From: Octopus bimaculoides
Taxonomy: Eukaryota
Direction: 5' to 3'
Assembly (NCBI RefSeq): GCF_001194135.2
Contig: NC_068988.1
Coordinates: 16,204,609-16,268,608 of the forward strand
Length of the DNA: 64,000 nucleotides
Positions 50,841-64,000 of this stretch are shown piece by piece (position 1 is the stretch's first letter; each line of letters opens with the position of its first letter). The notes beneath the pieces are model-generated. The model was not told where the DNA came from, searched no databases, and saw only the letters and a program-made list of their open reading frames with translations. The position numbers and the translations under genes are program-made.

Positions 50841-53404
50841 CTTAACAGCGTTCGAATCCCATTAAGGATTCAAACGCTGTATTGTAGATAAGCTGCATAA
50901 CTGCTCTAACCACTTTGTCAAAAGACGTCTCAAGCAATTTAATAAAATAATAGTTACAAATATATTCAGAAGTTAAAAATATAAGCTGTTATTGTTTTAA
51001 TCACAATACTGTATGAAAACAATTACCCTCATATTCTATTCTATCTGTATCCAATCTTTCAAAGCATTTTCAAGACAAAGAAAGAAAGAAAAGGATTAAT
51101 CTTACTATGTGAATATTCATACTTTTTTTTTATTTTGCCAATAGTTGTCTAGATATCAAATACTGATTAAACAAAATGCTTTCACAATTTCTTTTTGAAC
51201 ATCTGCTACATTGTTATGATTGTACTACTAGTGCAATTGAATCGATTTACAAATGGTTAAAATATATATCGAACTCAGTGGCTTTAGAATATTATTTTAC
51301 ATTTGTATCATTAACTCGAAGAGATGTGACTTGTATTTATGGCGCTATGTTCATGATTATAAAAGCGCGGGTTTAATTCTTTGACCGCGCAATAATTTGT
51401 ACCCTTGAGCAAATCACATCGTTTCCTGATGCTCCTGTTTACTCATTTGAAAATGAGTATCAGCCGACGCTGGAGCATTCCCCTGTCTTTCCACCTGTAA
51501 CATCATCGATGTGCTAAGTCAAGAGCGAGTGACATGATTTCTATTTTCTTGACTATGCTGACAACTGAAATAATTACCACGATATTTACTTCTAAGTTAT
51601 ACACGCAAGCAATTTTGCTTTTATCATAAATAAATCAGAGCATAAAGTAACGAAGGTGACAGATATATCCAGAGGTAGCGGCTACATGTGGTTATCCTTC
51701 ATGCTAAAATCATCGACCAAATATCATTCAAATCAATCTCGACTCACTAAAAATAATATATTGGAAAATGTAGTTCATGGTAATGGATCTGTTTTTGACA
51801 TAGAAAGAGCGATGTTTATATGTGGAACAACTTTAACCAATAGTTTGCGTATCTAATTTTATTTTACCTGAGACTAAAATATAACAAAACACACGCTACC
51901 CATAAAACGACGATCCATACATGAATCCCCCCTTCCATTACAATACAGTTAGAAACCTTATAACGAGGACAATAGCAGCTATGACAACAACAAATGGCGT
52001 TGCTTTCAAGTTTTACGAAGGTTTCAATCGCGTAGTGCAAAAGGTTAGAGGTTGGCTCCAGTTAAAAATAATCGCCTCTACCAATCCCACCACATTAAAA
52101 CATTAAAACTATTTAGAGTAAGTCTCTCAGTCTCTCTTAAGATGAATCTTAAATCGTGTTTTTATTATTTACTGAACATTTAAACAAATAAGCTGATAAG
52201 GTTGTGGAAAGCGAAAGAAAGAAAGCTAAAAGTTCAAGAAGAGATTGCAAGAGAAATTGGCCGAAAAGCCATGCTGAAAAGGGCAATGAAAATAGATTAA
52301 AATAAAAAATAAAGCAGGAGGGAAGATTAAATGAGAAAATGAGAATATAAATGGGACGACATTGATAGACTTGATGGCCATATAGATTTCTGAGGATCAG
52401 GGGATTGAACAGAGGTAGAAATCAAACGCGTGTGTGCGTGTGTGCGTACATATACGTTTTTTATGGCGTAAATAACATCAAAGGATCTGAATCTGTAAGT
52501 AGCAACAAAATAACTTCTGAACCGATTCCTGTTAAATCTAAACGCCACATTACGTGTTATTGAGCACTCTATTCTTCATCCGTAACCTAAAGTCACGATA
52601 TCGGTTCTGCGTCATTGGGTTAGAGTTTATCCGATTTTCACCGGATCATTGCCTTGCATTCGTGGTTGGTAAAGTGAATGTATGCTTATTAACAAAAAAA
52701 TGCATTTATACTCTAAGACCTGGAAAGGAAGTCAAAGCAAGATAGCAGATTGAAGCTGTTCTAGATCGTTCACACCTTCCAACAGCTCTCACTCTAGTCC
52801 ACACCTAGAATACGATAAACAACACAGAATGTAGAAGACTAAATGTGTCAACAAATTCATGAATAACCACAGCACGTAGCAACATAAATTGAAGAGGAAT
52901 ATAAAACAGATGAACGTGAGAACGCATTTCAATCACATATCTACAGTAGACAGAACATCCACAACCAAAGGATGTTACCACCACTAAAGTTTTATAACAA
53001 CGACGTCTTAACGTGAAAGACTGTATATGGTCACTCTATGTAGCAGAAATAACAGCTAAATCACACTCGAATCATTCTATACTGTTTTAAAAGAGAACTT
53101 TTGCGAAAGAGCGCACAGAAAGGTAAATGCACATACACTAAAAGATAGGGTGGTGACAATTAGAGTAGATTCGACGATAAGTCATTTCCACGGTGAATAA
53201 CCTTTTGCTAATCAACGACATTCATTAATAACAACATCAAAAGAAGCATCGTAATGACGTAAACTTGAACCAAATTTAGTATACCAGTGCCAATTAATAT
53301 CAGAAACATCCAAATACAGATTCTCATTAACAGATTTTAAATGCTAGGCAGTCCACATTGTTTATCAACATTGCAGACACTTTGTGCATGTATACATGTC
53401 CGTG

Positions 53405-53661
53405 TGTAGGCATGTCTCTATGGTAAGAGGCTTGCTTCCGAACCACATGGTTCTGGGTTCAGTCTCACTGCGTGGTAACTTGGGCAAGTGTTTCCAGTTA
53501 TAGTCTGGGGCCGACCAAAGTTTTGTGAGGGGATTTGATAAGGAGGAACTGAAAGCCATTTGTATATATGTACCTAAATATCTATGTGTGTGTGTTCGTG
53601 CCTGTGTCTGACAACTGCTGTTGGTGTGTTTTTGCGACCCTGTAACGTAGCGGTTCAGCAA
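53405..53661 (+). mobile_element. SINE family A, cut by a gap
   Basis: Collinear homology to 33122-33390. Confidence 0.8.
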
Positions 53662-54386
53662 NNNNNNNNNNNNNNNNNNNNNNNNNNNNNNNNNNNNNNN
53701 NNNNNNNNNNNNNNNNNNNNNNNNNNNNNNNNNNNNNNNNNNNNNNNNNNNNNNNNNNNNNNNNNNNNNNNNNNNNNNNNNNNNNNNNNNNNNNNNNNNN
53801 NNNNNNNNNNNNNNNNNNNNNNNNNNNNNNNNNNNNNNNNNNNNNNNNNNNNNNNNNNNNNNNNNNNNNNNNNNNNNNNNNNNNNNNNNNNNNNNNNNNN
53901 NNNNNNNNNNNNNNNNNNNNNNNNNNNNNNNNNNNNNNNNNNNNNNNNNNNNNNNNNNNNNNNNNNNNNNNNNNNNNNNNNNNNNNNNNNNNNNNNNNNN
54001 NNNNNNNNNNNNNNNNNNNNNNNNNNNNNNNNNNNNNNNNNNNNNNNNNNNNNNNNNNNNNNNNNNNNNNNNNNNNNNNNNNNNNNNNNNNNNNNNNNNN
54101 NNNNNNNNNNNNNNNNNNNNNNNNNNNNNNNNNNNNNNNNNNNNNNNNNNNNNNNNNNNNNNNNNNNNNNNNNNNNNNNNNNNNNNNNNNNNNNNNNNNN
54201 NNNNNNNNNNNNNNNNNNNNNNNNNNNNNNNNNNNNNNNNNNNNNNNNNNNNNNNNNNNNNNNNNNNNNNNNNNNNNNNNNNNNNNNNNNNNNNNNNNNN
54301 NNNNNNNNNNNNNNNNNNNNNNNNNNNNNNNNNNNNNNNNNNNNNNNNNNNNNNNNNNNNNNNNNNNNNNNNNNNNNNNNNNNNNN

Positions 54387-54500
54387 TCACCCGTCGCTAT
54401 GTTCTGAGTTCAAATTCCACCGAGGTCGACTTTGCGTTTCATCCTTTCGAAGTCGATACAATAAGTACCAGTTGTAATCGATTCATCCCCACGTTTCCCA
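54387..54500 (+). mobile_element. SINE family E fragment
   Basis: gttctgagttcaaattccaccgaggtcgactttgcgtttcatcctttcgaagtcgatacaataagtaccagtt. Confidence 0.8.
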
Positions 54501-54539
54501 AGCTACCCTTGTGGCAACAATTTTAAATAATTATTATTG

Positions 54540-54597
<58 letters not shown>

Positions 54598-54627
54598 AAC
54601 ACACACACATACACACATATATACAAG

Positions 54628-54730
54628 CGCAGGCGCGTCACTATGTGGTAAGAAGCTTGCTTCCCAACCGCATGGCTCCTGGTTCAGTCTCACTGCGTGG
54701 CACATCGGGCCGACCTAAGCCTTGTGAGGG
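54628..54730 (+). mobile_element. SINE family A head fragment
   Basis: gcgcaggcg...gtggtaagaagcttgcttcccaacc...ggttcagtctcactgcgtggcac. Confidence 0.75.
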
Positions 54731-56165
54731 CGAGTGAAATTGAGCTGTCCTGTATGAAGTGAAAGCCTAAAGGCAGGAAAATAGATGGACCTAACAGGGG
54801 TTGGCGGTCGGCAGTCAGGCCAAGAAAGAAAGATCATGGCTGGCCGGACATAGGTCATTTGGAAAGAGGACAGAGCGGGATTAAAGATTTAGAAAATAAT
54901 CAAAGAGACAAAGGCAAAGGTACAGGGGAGGTAAACGAGGGGGAAAAGTGGGAGTTAAAGAAAGAGAGGGCCAAGAGATATGAGAGAGAGAGAGAAAAAG
55001 AAGAAAACCTTATCATATGTTAGCTAATGAGGTTCGTATGATAATCTTTTATTGTCATATCATATCATTTCCTTATTATAGCTCCATACTCGACTAACGC
55101 TGCGTTCTGAAACATAAGTATATTGAGTCCTACACCAGGTCATTAGTTAACTNNNNNNNNNNNNNNNNNNNNNNNNNNNNNNNNNNNNNNNNNNNNNNNN
55201 NNNNNNNNNNNNNNNNNNNNNNNNNNNNNNNNNNNNNNNNNNNNNNNNNNNNNNNNNNNNNNNNNNNNNNNNNNNNNNNNNNNNNNNNNNNNNNNNNNNN
55301 NNNNNNNNNNNNNNNNNNNNNNNNNNNNNNNNNNNNNNNNNNNNNNNNNNNNNNNNNNNNNNNNNNNNNNNNNNNNNNNNNNNNNNNNNNNNNNNNNNNN
55401 NNNNNNNNNNNNNNNNNNNNNNNNNNNNNNNNNNNNNNNNNNNNNNNNNNNNNNNNNNNNNNNNNNNNNNNNNNNNNNNNNNNNNNNNNNNNNNNNNNNN
55501 NNNNNNNNNNNNNNNNNNNNNNNNNNNNNNNNNNNNNNNNNNNNNNNNNNNNNNNNNNNNNNNNNNNNNNNNNNNNNNNNNNNNNNNNNNNNNNNNNNNN
55601 NNNNNNNNNNNNNNNNNNNNNNNNNNNNNNNNNNNNNNNNNNNNNNNNNNNNNNNNNNNNNNNNNNNNNNNNNNNNNNNNNNNNNNNNNNNNNNNNNNNN
55701 NNNNNNNNNNNNNNNNNNNNNNNNNNNNNNNNNNNNNNNNNNNNNNNNNNNNNNNNNNNNNNNNNNNNNNNNNNNNNNNNNNNNNNNNNNNNNNNNNNNN
55801 NNNNNNNNNNNNNNNNNNNNNNNNNNNNNNNNNNNNNNNNNNNNNNNNNNNNNNNNNNNNNNNNNNNNNNNNNNNNNNNNNNNNNNNNNNNNNNNNNNNN
55901 NNNNNNNNNNNNNNNNNNNNNNNNNNNNNNNNNNNNNNNNNNNNNNNNNNNNNNNNNNNNNNNNNNNNNNNNNNNNNNNNNNNNNNNNNNNNNNNNNNNN
56001 NNNNNNNNNNNNNNNNNNNNNNNNNNNNNNNNNNNNNNNNNNNNNNNNNNNNNNNNNNNNNNNNNNNNNNNNNNNNNNNNNNNNNNNNNNNNNNNNNNNN
56101 NNNNNNNNNNNNNNNNNNGAGAGAGAGAGAGAGAGAGAGTGAAAGAGAGAGAGATATGTATATGG

Positions 56166-56203
<38 letters not shown>

Positions 56204-56680
56204 ATATACATATATATATAGGTATATATATATGTTTATATATGTATGTATATATTGTTATATACTATATATTATATATACATATATATGTATGTATATA
56301 TGTGTATGTATATATGTCATTTTTTCGTATATTCTCCCATATATATATATATATATATATGCTTACATACCTAAGCGTGATTGCTTGCATTTATACAGAT
56401 ATACAGATCTATGAGTATGCGTGAAAATATATGTGTATGTGTCTTTCTTTGGGTATCTGTGTGAGTGTGTGCGCGTGTACCTGTGTCTGCATATATGTAT
56501 GTATGTATGTGAGTATGCACGTATGTATATATATTTGTATCTATGCATATTTTTAGGTAGGTAGTTATGAAGGTACGTAGGTATTTTAACATAGAGAAAT
56601 CGTTCATAGCTTGATTCCCAAATTCTCTCAGGTTTAGTTCTAGTTAATCTTTCCTATCCTTCCCTTATTTCTCTGATTCA

Positions 56681-56759
<79 letters not shown>

Positions 56760-57512
56760 TATCATATCTCCTCTATCCTTTACGTCTTCATCTTTTTCAT
56801 TTACCACCCTACTCACGCTCAACAGTTACCACTCCATTCTCTTCCACTCACTCTCTCTTTTCCTCCCATAAAAATTGCCATGATTCATTGAGTTAAGCAC
56901 AAAAACACTGCAGAAGATAAAACTACGCCATTTATACGTGTAAACAGCAGAGTTGTTCTCTTGCGACTGCAATATTTCTGTTTAAATGAAGGCAGCACAC
57001 ATTCCTTAATTACGAATAATTACATACCTTCCAAAATATTAAATGTATTTTCAAGGTAGTAATGAAATCGAATGCATTTTTAACTTAGTTAGGTAGGCAC
57101 CTAATTCTCTATAATTTGGTAAGCTACCCGGATATGTTAGATGTTTTGTGATCGGTTGAAGGATAATTTCTACTATTTTATTTATTTTAAATTTTATTTC
57201 ACTGTTTCTCTCATAGTTTGGTTTTATGGTGAATATTTCTACATTATTTATTGCACGCTTTGTAGTTTCTAGCTTTACAAAATTTATTATCCCACATTCA
57301 ATATATGTGTGCATGCAATATATTCATGCATGTATGTATGTATGTATGTATGTATGTATGTATGTATGTGTGTGTGTGCGTGTTTGTGCGTGTGCATGTG
57401 TGTGTATGGCATAGATGTTTCTATGTCATGTGCATTGATGAATATAGACATGTAGGGCAAGTGCTTTCTTTGAAAAATGTATTTCAGCATGAGTATACTA
57501 CACAAACACACA

Positions 57513-57601
<89 letters not shown>

Positions 57602-57745
57602 GCACACACATTCGCGCGCACACAAAAACACATACACACACACACACATATATATGTACATATAAATATGCGTGTACTCACATGCATAAAAGATGTGTAT
57701 ACTATACATATATATATATATATGTACGCATAAAATTCTGTATAA

Positions 57746-57784
<39 letters not shown>

Positions 57785-58594
57785 CACACACGCACACACA
57801 CTTATGTATATATATATGCGTACTGTATATGAGAAATTTTACTATTAAGAGAAGCGATGGTTTCTATAAGTCTAGATGAAGTGAATGGAAAGTTGTTATG
57901 TTGAATGGAATGCATTTGATGTTGTTCACTTTGCAGTATCTGCTTCTTAAAAATGTAACTCGCTTTGTTCTTTAATTTTTTATTTTTCAAATTCTTATTA
58001 GATATTTTGATTTTACTTCAAGTAACATTTACATTTTTATTCTGAAAACAACATGGCCGTCATAAACAACTAGAAGGTAATTGGTCTTTAGATATAATTT
58101 ATGCACAAAGCATACAGCATTCATGCTGTTAGTGTTAGTTAATTGACAATGGTGTTCATTGCTATGCAGCGACCAAAAGTCACTCATAATTATAGTTCAG
58201 TATTTAGTTACCACCGTTAGAAACTTAGAAATTCATAGAAGAGCGTTGAGTCTGTTTAATATATTTATAATTGTAAATGATATATCTATGTATACTGGCG
58301 ATGTTCTTCAAATTTTGTTCTTTAAAGTTTTAATACTGGCTATGTTGTTTAAATTTGGTACTCGTGTTCTTACTTACCTGCAATTGGTATAGCTGATAGT
58401 ACAAACCTGCAGATTGTATGAGATAAAACAATCATTGCGACCTGTTTTAGGAGCATACAATGTACAAAATGTTTGGGTGAAATTTGATGATTTATGATGC
58501 ATTCGTTTTTCAGAAACAGCTTGATGTATTGTTGAGCAGTCAAAGACATTGGAGAGCATGACCATTGAAACTGTAGTTCAGAAAAAAATTAGCT

Positions 58595-59245
58595 GGCATG
58601 GTGAACAGGAAAGTCATCTGAATATTGCAAAAAAAATATCTGTCATTGTGATTTACGCCGGGTATTAAAATTCTGATATTATGACTGTTATTCAATGCTC
58701 TGGAAAGACAGTACAACGCCACATGGCCAGCTGCAACGAAGGATACGAAGCTGTGACCGGCAGAGAGGGACGGTACAGGAATTTTGAGTGTGTCAGCATG
58801 CTGAAGTGCAACCAATAAGTGATGAGCCGGGCGTTAGACTCATTCCAAACGGCTTTATGAACTGTGGTCAAACCCTGGTTGGAAAATTTGCTGCGGGGAG
58901 GCCATATATGTGACAGCAGGATTCGGATCCTTGCCAAAACTCCGGAAAGTGTGGGAAGTGGTTATCAGAGAATTTATACGGCGACATTAGTTCCAGTTTC
59001 TGGCTTCCTAATTCTCCCCGATTGTAACCACAGAGATTACTATGTGTAGAACACAGTTGAGAAAGACTCCAACCGTGAAAGACACCCACCAAGAGAGATA
59101 CCAAGCCCTCTGCGTGCCACACCAAGGCCGAGCAAAGATTAAGCAGTTCGAAAATCTTCCCAGGGGCATAGTGAGGAACGCATGCACTCGATTCCGGAGC
59201 TATCTTGAGTCCTGTGGAAGAAGCTAAGAGCGGTTACTTTGAGTC
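58595..59245 (+). mobile_element. DD37D (maT-type) Tc1/mariner transposase remnant, internally deleted
   Basis: VVKPW...GRPY..QQDS...WLSEN...FWLPNSPDCNHRDYYV...GYFE. I count 37 residues between the D at 58920 and the D at 59035 after removing a 1-nt insertion. Confidence 0.8.
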
Positions 59246-59799
59246 AACTCATATGTCCTAACCATAATCTAGTTAGTTTTTTTTCTTCTTAGTTTAAGAT
59301 ACCATTAGTTTTGGATGGAATATCATGTTTTGTTTTCATTTAGAATTGTAGTCTTAAAACATGTCCGAAATACTGTTTCCAATAGCTGGGACATGTTTTC
59401 AAAAATACAATGCTGCAATTTAGATATATTGCCTTTTTTCAACTGCTTTTTTTTTTCTAACGACTAATGTTGTTGCTTAATTTCCAGCTTAGGATTTTAT
59501 TACAGCCAACTGTATTTTGATCTCATTGTTGTCATGCATTCGTTTGCTTAGCCCGGTAGGGTGTAAATTGAAATATATAATGCTGCTAATTTGGCGAATA
59601 CCGAATGAAGGCAACTCGATGTGATTCCTCTGTACTTATCGTTGACAGTGTCTCGCAGCAAAGCTTTTGGTGCTTATCAGTCTATTGAATCAAATCTAAA
59701 GGTTTATTTGAACTGATTATAAGGTAAGGTAATTTCTTCAGTTTTGGATAGATACCTCAGCAGGTTCCCAAGTTCCATACGTACGCAGTTTTCCATACT

Positions 59800-59897
59800 T
59801 AGTCACCTTCCTCCATTTTGTTTCTTCATGTGCAAGCGATCGGTGTCTGCATGTAGATGAAGGCTTCTATGCATTGTTAGTAGCTTTCTCGCCTTCC
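59800..59897 (-). mobile_element. Short R4/Dong RT-thumb fragment
   Basis: KARKLLTMHRSLHLHADTDRLHMKKQNGGR*L aligns with RKLLTMHRMHHPKADIERLYLPRKEGGNGL of the 8741-10133 element. Confidence 0.75.
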
Positions 59898-60635
59898 ATT
59901 ATTATATACATCTACTTATTCTTTTACTTTAATACACATTCACACACACACATGTACACATACATATATATATATAGCAATACATCCTGTACCATATATA
60001 TATGCGTGTACATGCAAGAGATACCGTAAATAGCATCTACAGCAAATAAGGGGTACTTACTGACCAGCAAAAGCATACCACCTACCTACATTCTTCTATA
60101 AACCCTTAAAAATTTCCTTGCAAAAGAAAAAAAATTACAAAATAGATATCCATAGTTAAGGTATTTTTAAAAGCTGAACTAAACTTTGAACTTCGAGCGT
60201 CACTTTGCCAAAGCAAAAGATTAAATCCAATTACACGTAAAATAATTAAAACTAATGACATGTCTACTGAATAAAATCTTTCTCTACCAACCTTTTTGTG
60301 AACAACTAAAATACTACCCCATGACATGAAGGTGACAAGCCAAAAGATACGCGCCTGTTTACAAAGTTCTACGCGCATGAATAAATTCTGAACAAAAACG
60401 CGACCCCAGATTTAATCAATAAAGAATTCTCTGCAACGCCTCTCCAACAAAACCCACGCTACAGCCTAATTACCATTCAACTGAAGTCATAATTATATCA
60501 CAACTGACAATATACAAAGCGAAGATTAACTTAATGCATAACAGTCCGATGATGGATTAACCAATTTGTTTTCCAGTGCAGCTTTTCCTTTGTGAGCTAT
60601 AATGTCTTTTCAAAAACCTGACGCACCCTGAATAT

Positions 60636-60694
<59 letters not shown>

Positions 60695-60695
<1 letters not shown>

Positions 60696-60840
60696 GAAAA
60701 TTGCACTACTGGGCACTGCACACATCCTACGCAAAACACTTTCAATACATAAGAGCATCACAGCAAACCACAGCACATACCCAAGGCACACAGAGCTGCG
60801 CTCGGTAGTGAAGTGAAAACACGTTATAAAAATAAAACTA

Positions 60841-60843
<3 letters not shown>
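60695..60843 (+). mobile_element. Extremely 5'-truncated R4/Dong 3' end inside an (AAT)n array
   Basis: KIALLGTAHILRKTLSI matches KIVLMGTAHLLHKILSM of the 8741 element; (AAT)n abuts both sides (60637-60694 and 60844-60889). Confidence 0.85.
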
Positions 60844-60889
<46 letters not shown>

Positions 60890-61038
60890 NNNNNNNNNNN
60901 NNNNNNNNNNNNNNNNNNNNNNNNNNNNNNNNNNNNNNNNNNNNNNNNNNNNNNNNNNNNNNNNNNNNNNNNNNNNNNNNNNNNNNNNNNNNNNNNNNNN
61001 NNNNNNNNNNNNNNNNNNNNNNNNNNNNNNNNNNNNNC

Positions 61039-61292
61039 ACACCACCATCTGTTGTCGAGCGATACTGGGGGACAAACACAGACACACAAACATATACACA
61101 CACATACATACATATATATACATATATACGACGGGCTTCTTTCAGTTTCCGTCTACCAAATCCACTCACAGGGCTTTGGTCGGCCGGAGTCTATAATAGA
61201 AGACACCTGTCCAAGTTGCCACGCAGTGGGAATGAACCCGGAACCATGTGGTTGGTAAGCAAGGTAGTTACCACAGAGCCACTCCTGCGCCT
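61039..61292 (-). mobile_element. SINE family A (3' part in a gap)
   Basis: Reverse-complement homology to 33122-33360. Confidence 0.85.
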
Positions 61293-61293
61293 A

Positions 61294-61352
<59 letters not shown>

Positions 61353-61379
61353 ATATATATATATATATATGACTACATA

Positions 61380-61720
61380 TTCTTTTATTCTTTATTTCTT
61401 TTAGACATTTGACTGTGGCCATGCTGGAGTATCAGTTAGAGGATTTTAGTTGAACAAATCGACACTATAATTTACTTAAGTCTAATACTTATTGTTTCGG
61501 TCTCTTATGCCGAACCGATAGGTCACACACACACACACATACACACACACACACAGAGGTATATGCATTTACGCAAATATACCATGAACTTCTTTCCGTT
61601 TCTGTCTATGAAATCCACTAACAAAGACTTTTTCGGCCCGAGGCATTAGTAGAAGAAATTCCCCAAGGTGCCATGCAGTGGGACTGAATCCGGAACCATG
61701 TGGTTGGGAAACGAGATTCT
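61380..61720 (-). mobile_element. SINE family A, diverged
   Basis: 3' tail gactgtggccatgctggag and head ccaaggtgccatgcagtgggactgaatccggaaccatgtgg. Confidence 0.75.
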
Positions 61721-63969
61721 TACCTCACATCCATATACATTATACACACATTTATAGATATACCTGTATGTAGATGCATGCATGCATGTATAATGAGTGT
61801 TGATGAGTGAAAGTGAATGACTTAGTATTCAGAGACAGGGAGATTACAGAAAACAGGAAAGTATACTACACACACAGGAAAGATAACAGGAAAGATAACA
61901 CAGTTTAGCATGGCAAGATAATATTTCTCTACCTTATACTAACACTTATACACAATTCAATTACAATTTTCCCTCCCACCAATTCTCATCTATCTTTTCC
62001 TGTAACACGGAATATTTTTGCTCCTGAATGTATCTGGGTTGCTTTTCTGACTCCCTGCGTAATACTGCACAAAGCCAATAAGAAATAGGAAATATCGAAG
62101 CTTATACGTGTGTGTGTCTGTGTGTTTGTGCATATGTGCAAGCGTGCTCATGTGTATATGCATGTATTTATGTGTACCTTAGTCTTTGCTATTACGTATC
62201 AATAAAAGTAATTCCGTGAATTTTATTTAGGTCATTGCTATTTTATCATTGGCTCTCATTGTAGTTTACAAGTGTCTGATAAACGCAATGTTAGAAGAAA
62301 AGAACTCAAGAGATTTGACTTAGTCTGCGTGTTTCTTATCAGCTATAATTAGACTAGCCCTTCTAATGACCATAAACAATCTTTGTATCATGGACCCCAC
62401 CACACACAAGGCAGCTGTTATCTTTCATTAGCTGCAATGCATTTCGTATTACTTCTCTCTTGGCAGTTTTAATACTGTCGAATATTGTTCCTCTCTGGTG
62501 TCTATCTTCATTTACACAATTAAATTATACGTTAATGCCGAAATAACGACTGCCACCAATACAAATAATATAGTAATGATATCTAATATATACACAAGGC
62601 CAAATATTTTGTGTGCTGGACACAACAATGGATTATATTAACACAGTTACTGGTTCTCATTTCAATAGCCCTTGACGTACGGAAAATAGAATCGAACTCG
62701 AAGGAACCCTCGAAAATTTTGTCTTTAATAAATGTACTTTTTTCTTCTCTTTTGATGCATAAATTCGCACGTTTTTCATTCATTGTTTTATGTTAAATAT
62801 TTCGATTATTTTGATTTCGATTCATAGCTAAGGGCTGATTAATTAGTACAACACCTATTGCAGCATATTTGTTTGCTCCTATCTGATATTTTAATTCATT
62901 GTATGCATTCTGTATTGAACTGGTTCAGAAACTTTGCTGTATTTTTGGGTGTAATTAAAATTTGGGTTTCCAATTAATTTCCCGGCCATTTTACGTGTGA
63001 GGAAGGCGGAAACTCCATCACCTGCCCACGGTTATTACACTGTCGTGATCAAAATCTACCGGGGTCAATTTCTCAGCACTTTGGAATTTTGGTGGAGCGA
63101 TTGTGAATATTTTTGGAATTGGGTCGGAGAAATTCCTCCAAACTATAGATTTGTTTTCCTCCTCCCTTCGGCATAAAGTTTCCACTCACACGTGAAGTAT
63201 AACTGTGGTTCCATATGCATTCTAACATATATTCTACTTCCTGAAGCGAAAAATCGTTTCACATAAATTTTTTATGCAATTGTTCGTAATGAAAAATTTA
63301 GTTCGTCTTCTGGAATTACGATCACCTCAGAACACGTTCACTTTTGTATGGCAGTGGTAAACCCCGGTGCTGGTAACTCTTGCAAATGTGCTACATTAAT
63401 CTGTATATCTCTTGCTTTTATTATTATTCTCATAGTAAGTTATTGATAGTTTAATCCGAAATTTTCTTTTTGTCACCATTATTGATGTGTTATAAATGTC
63501 TATTTTGCTTTTGTTGTTGTTGATATTGTTCTTGTTACTGCACTTGATAATGATAATTGTGTCACACATTTCTTTCAAATATTCGCAGGTATTCTCAACA
63601 ATGTTTGTTGTTCGTCTTAGCTATGGTAACATTTACATCAATTTCAGATTCCTTTGCATTATTTATTTCTGTATCGTTTTTACGATTGCTATCAAAACAG
63701 TTGGTCTTGTTTCTGCCGTTGCTGTATATGTTATTCTTTCTCTGGTTACTGACACTTTCATGTTTCTTATATTCCCTAAAACACAATTCATGTTAACTTT
63801 CCAAGTAAAATGGACCACTGGATCCGCTCGAACACTGAATCTGCTCGCAGCAAAGTTATAGTTGTATCTGCTGGTGTATGTCTTCTATAACACATTCTAA
63901 AACATTAATACATACATACATGCACACACAAACACACACACACATATATATACATACATATATATGTAT

Positions 63970-64000
<31 letters not shown>

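Noticed and set aside
717-56211. Long ORFs containing XXXX runs in the supplied track
   Set aside because: They are open only because N-runs contain no stop codons; the flanks are (TA)n.
62992-63193. Possible inverted repeat acgtgtgag..ggaaact / agtttcc..ctcacacgt
   Set aside because: Only about 16 bp with an insertion and no TSD; insufficient for a MITE call.
1-64000. CRISPR arrays, rRNA genes, prokaryotic operons
   Set aside because: No repeat-spacer arrays, rRNA-like sequence or dense ORFs; the window is repeat-rich eukaryotic DNA.

Overview
This is AT-rich, intron/intergenic-type eukaryotic DNA from a gapped draft assembly, with dozens of N-runs mostly flanked by (TA)n. The repeat families resemble those I recall from octopod cephalopods (Octopus-like); that assignment is inference, not a database match. 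No complete host protein-coding gene is recognisable, only a few speculative exons. The window consists of microsatellites, about 25 tRNA-derived SINE copies in several modular families, and decayed transposons: R4/Dong-like REL LINE fragments, a HERO-like LINE, RTE-like 3' ends encoding C2H2 zinc fingers, a CR1 3' end, two Penelope-like elements (PLEs), Tc1 and DD37D/maT DNA transposon remnants, and MITE/foldback elements. The most interesting signal is a minimal type-I hammerhead ribozyme fold at 20504-20551 (minus strand), just downstream of a PLE GIY-YIG ORF. Its catalytic core reads GUGAACA rather than CUGANGA, which swaps the tertiary C3:G8 pair to G3:C8. A second, probably damaged hammerhead lies at 45641-45680. 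Other notable items are an R4/Dong 3' end embedded inside an (AAT)n array, a 194-bp foldback, and a duplicated ~186-bp element with a conserved hairpin and MEF2-like motifs. Most ORFs in the supplied track are artefacts of N-runs or microsatellites. All alignments and counts were done by eye.
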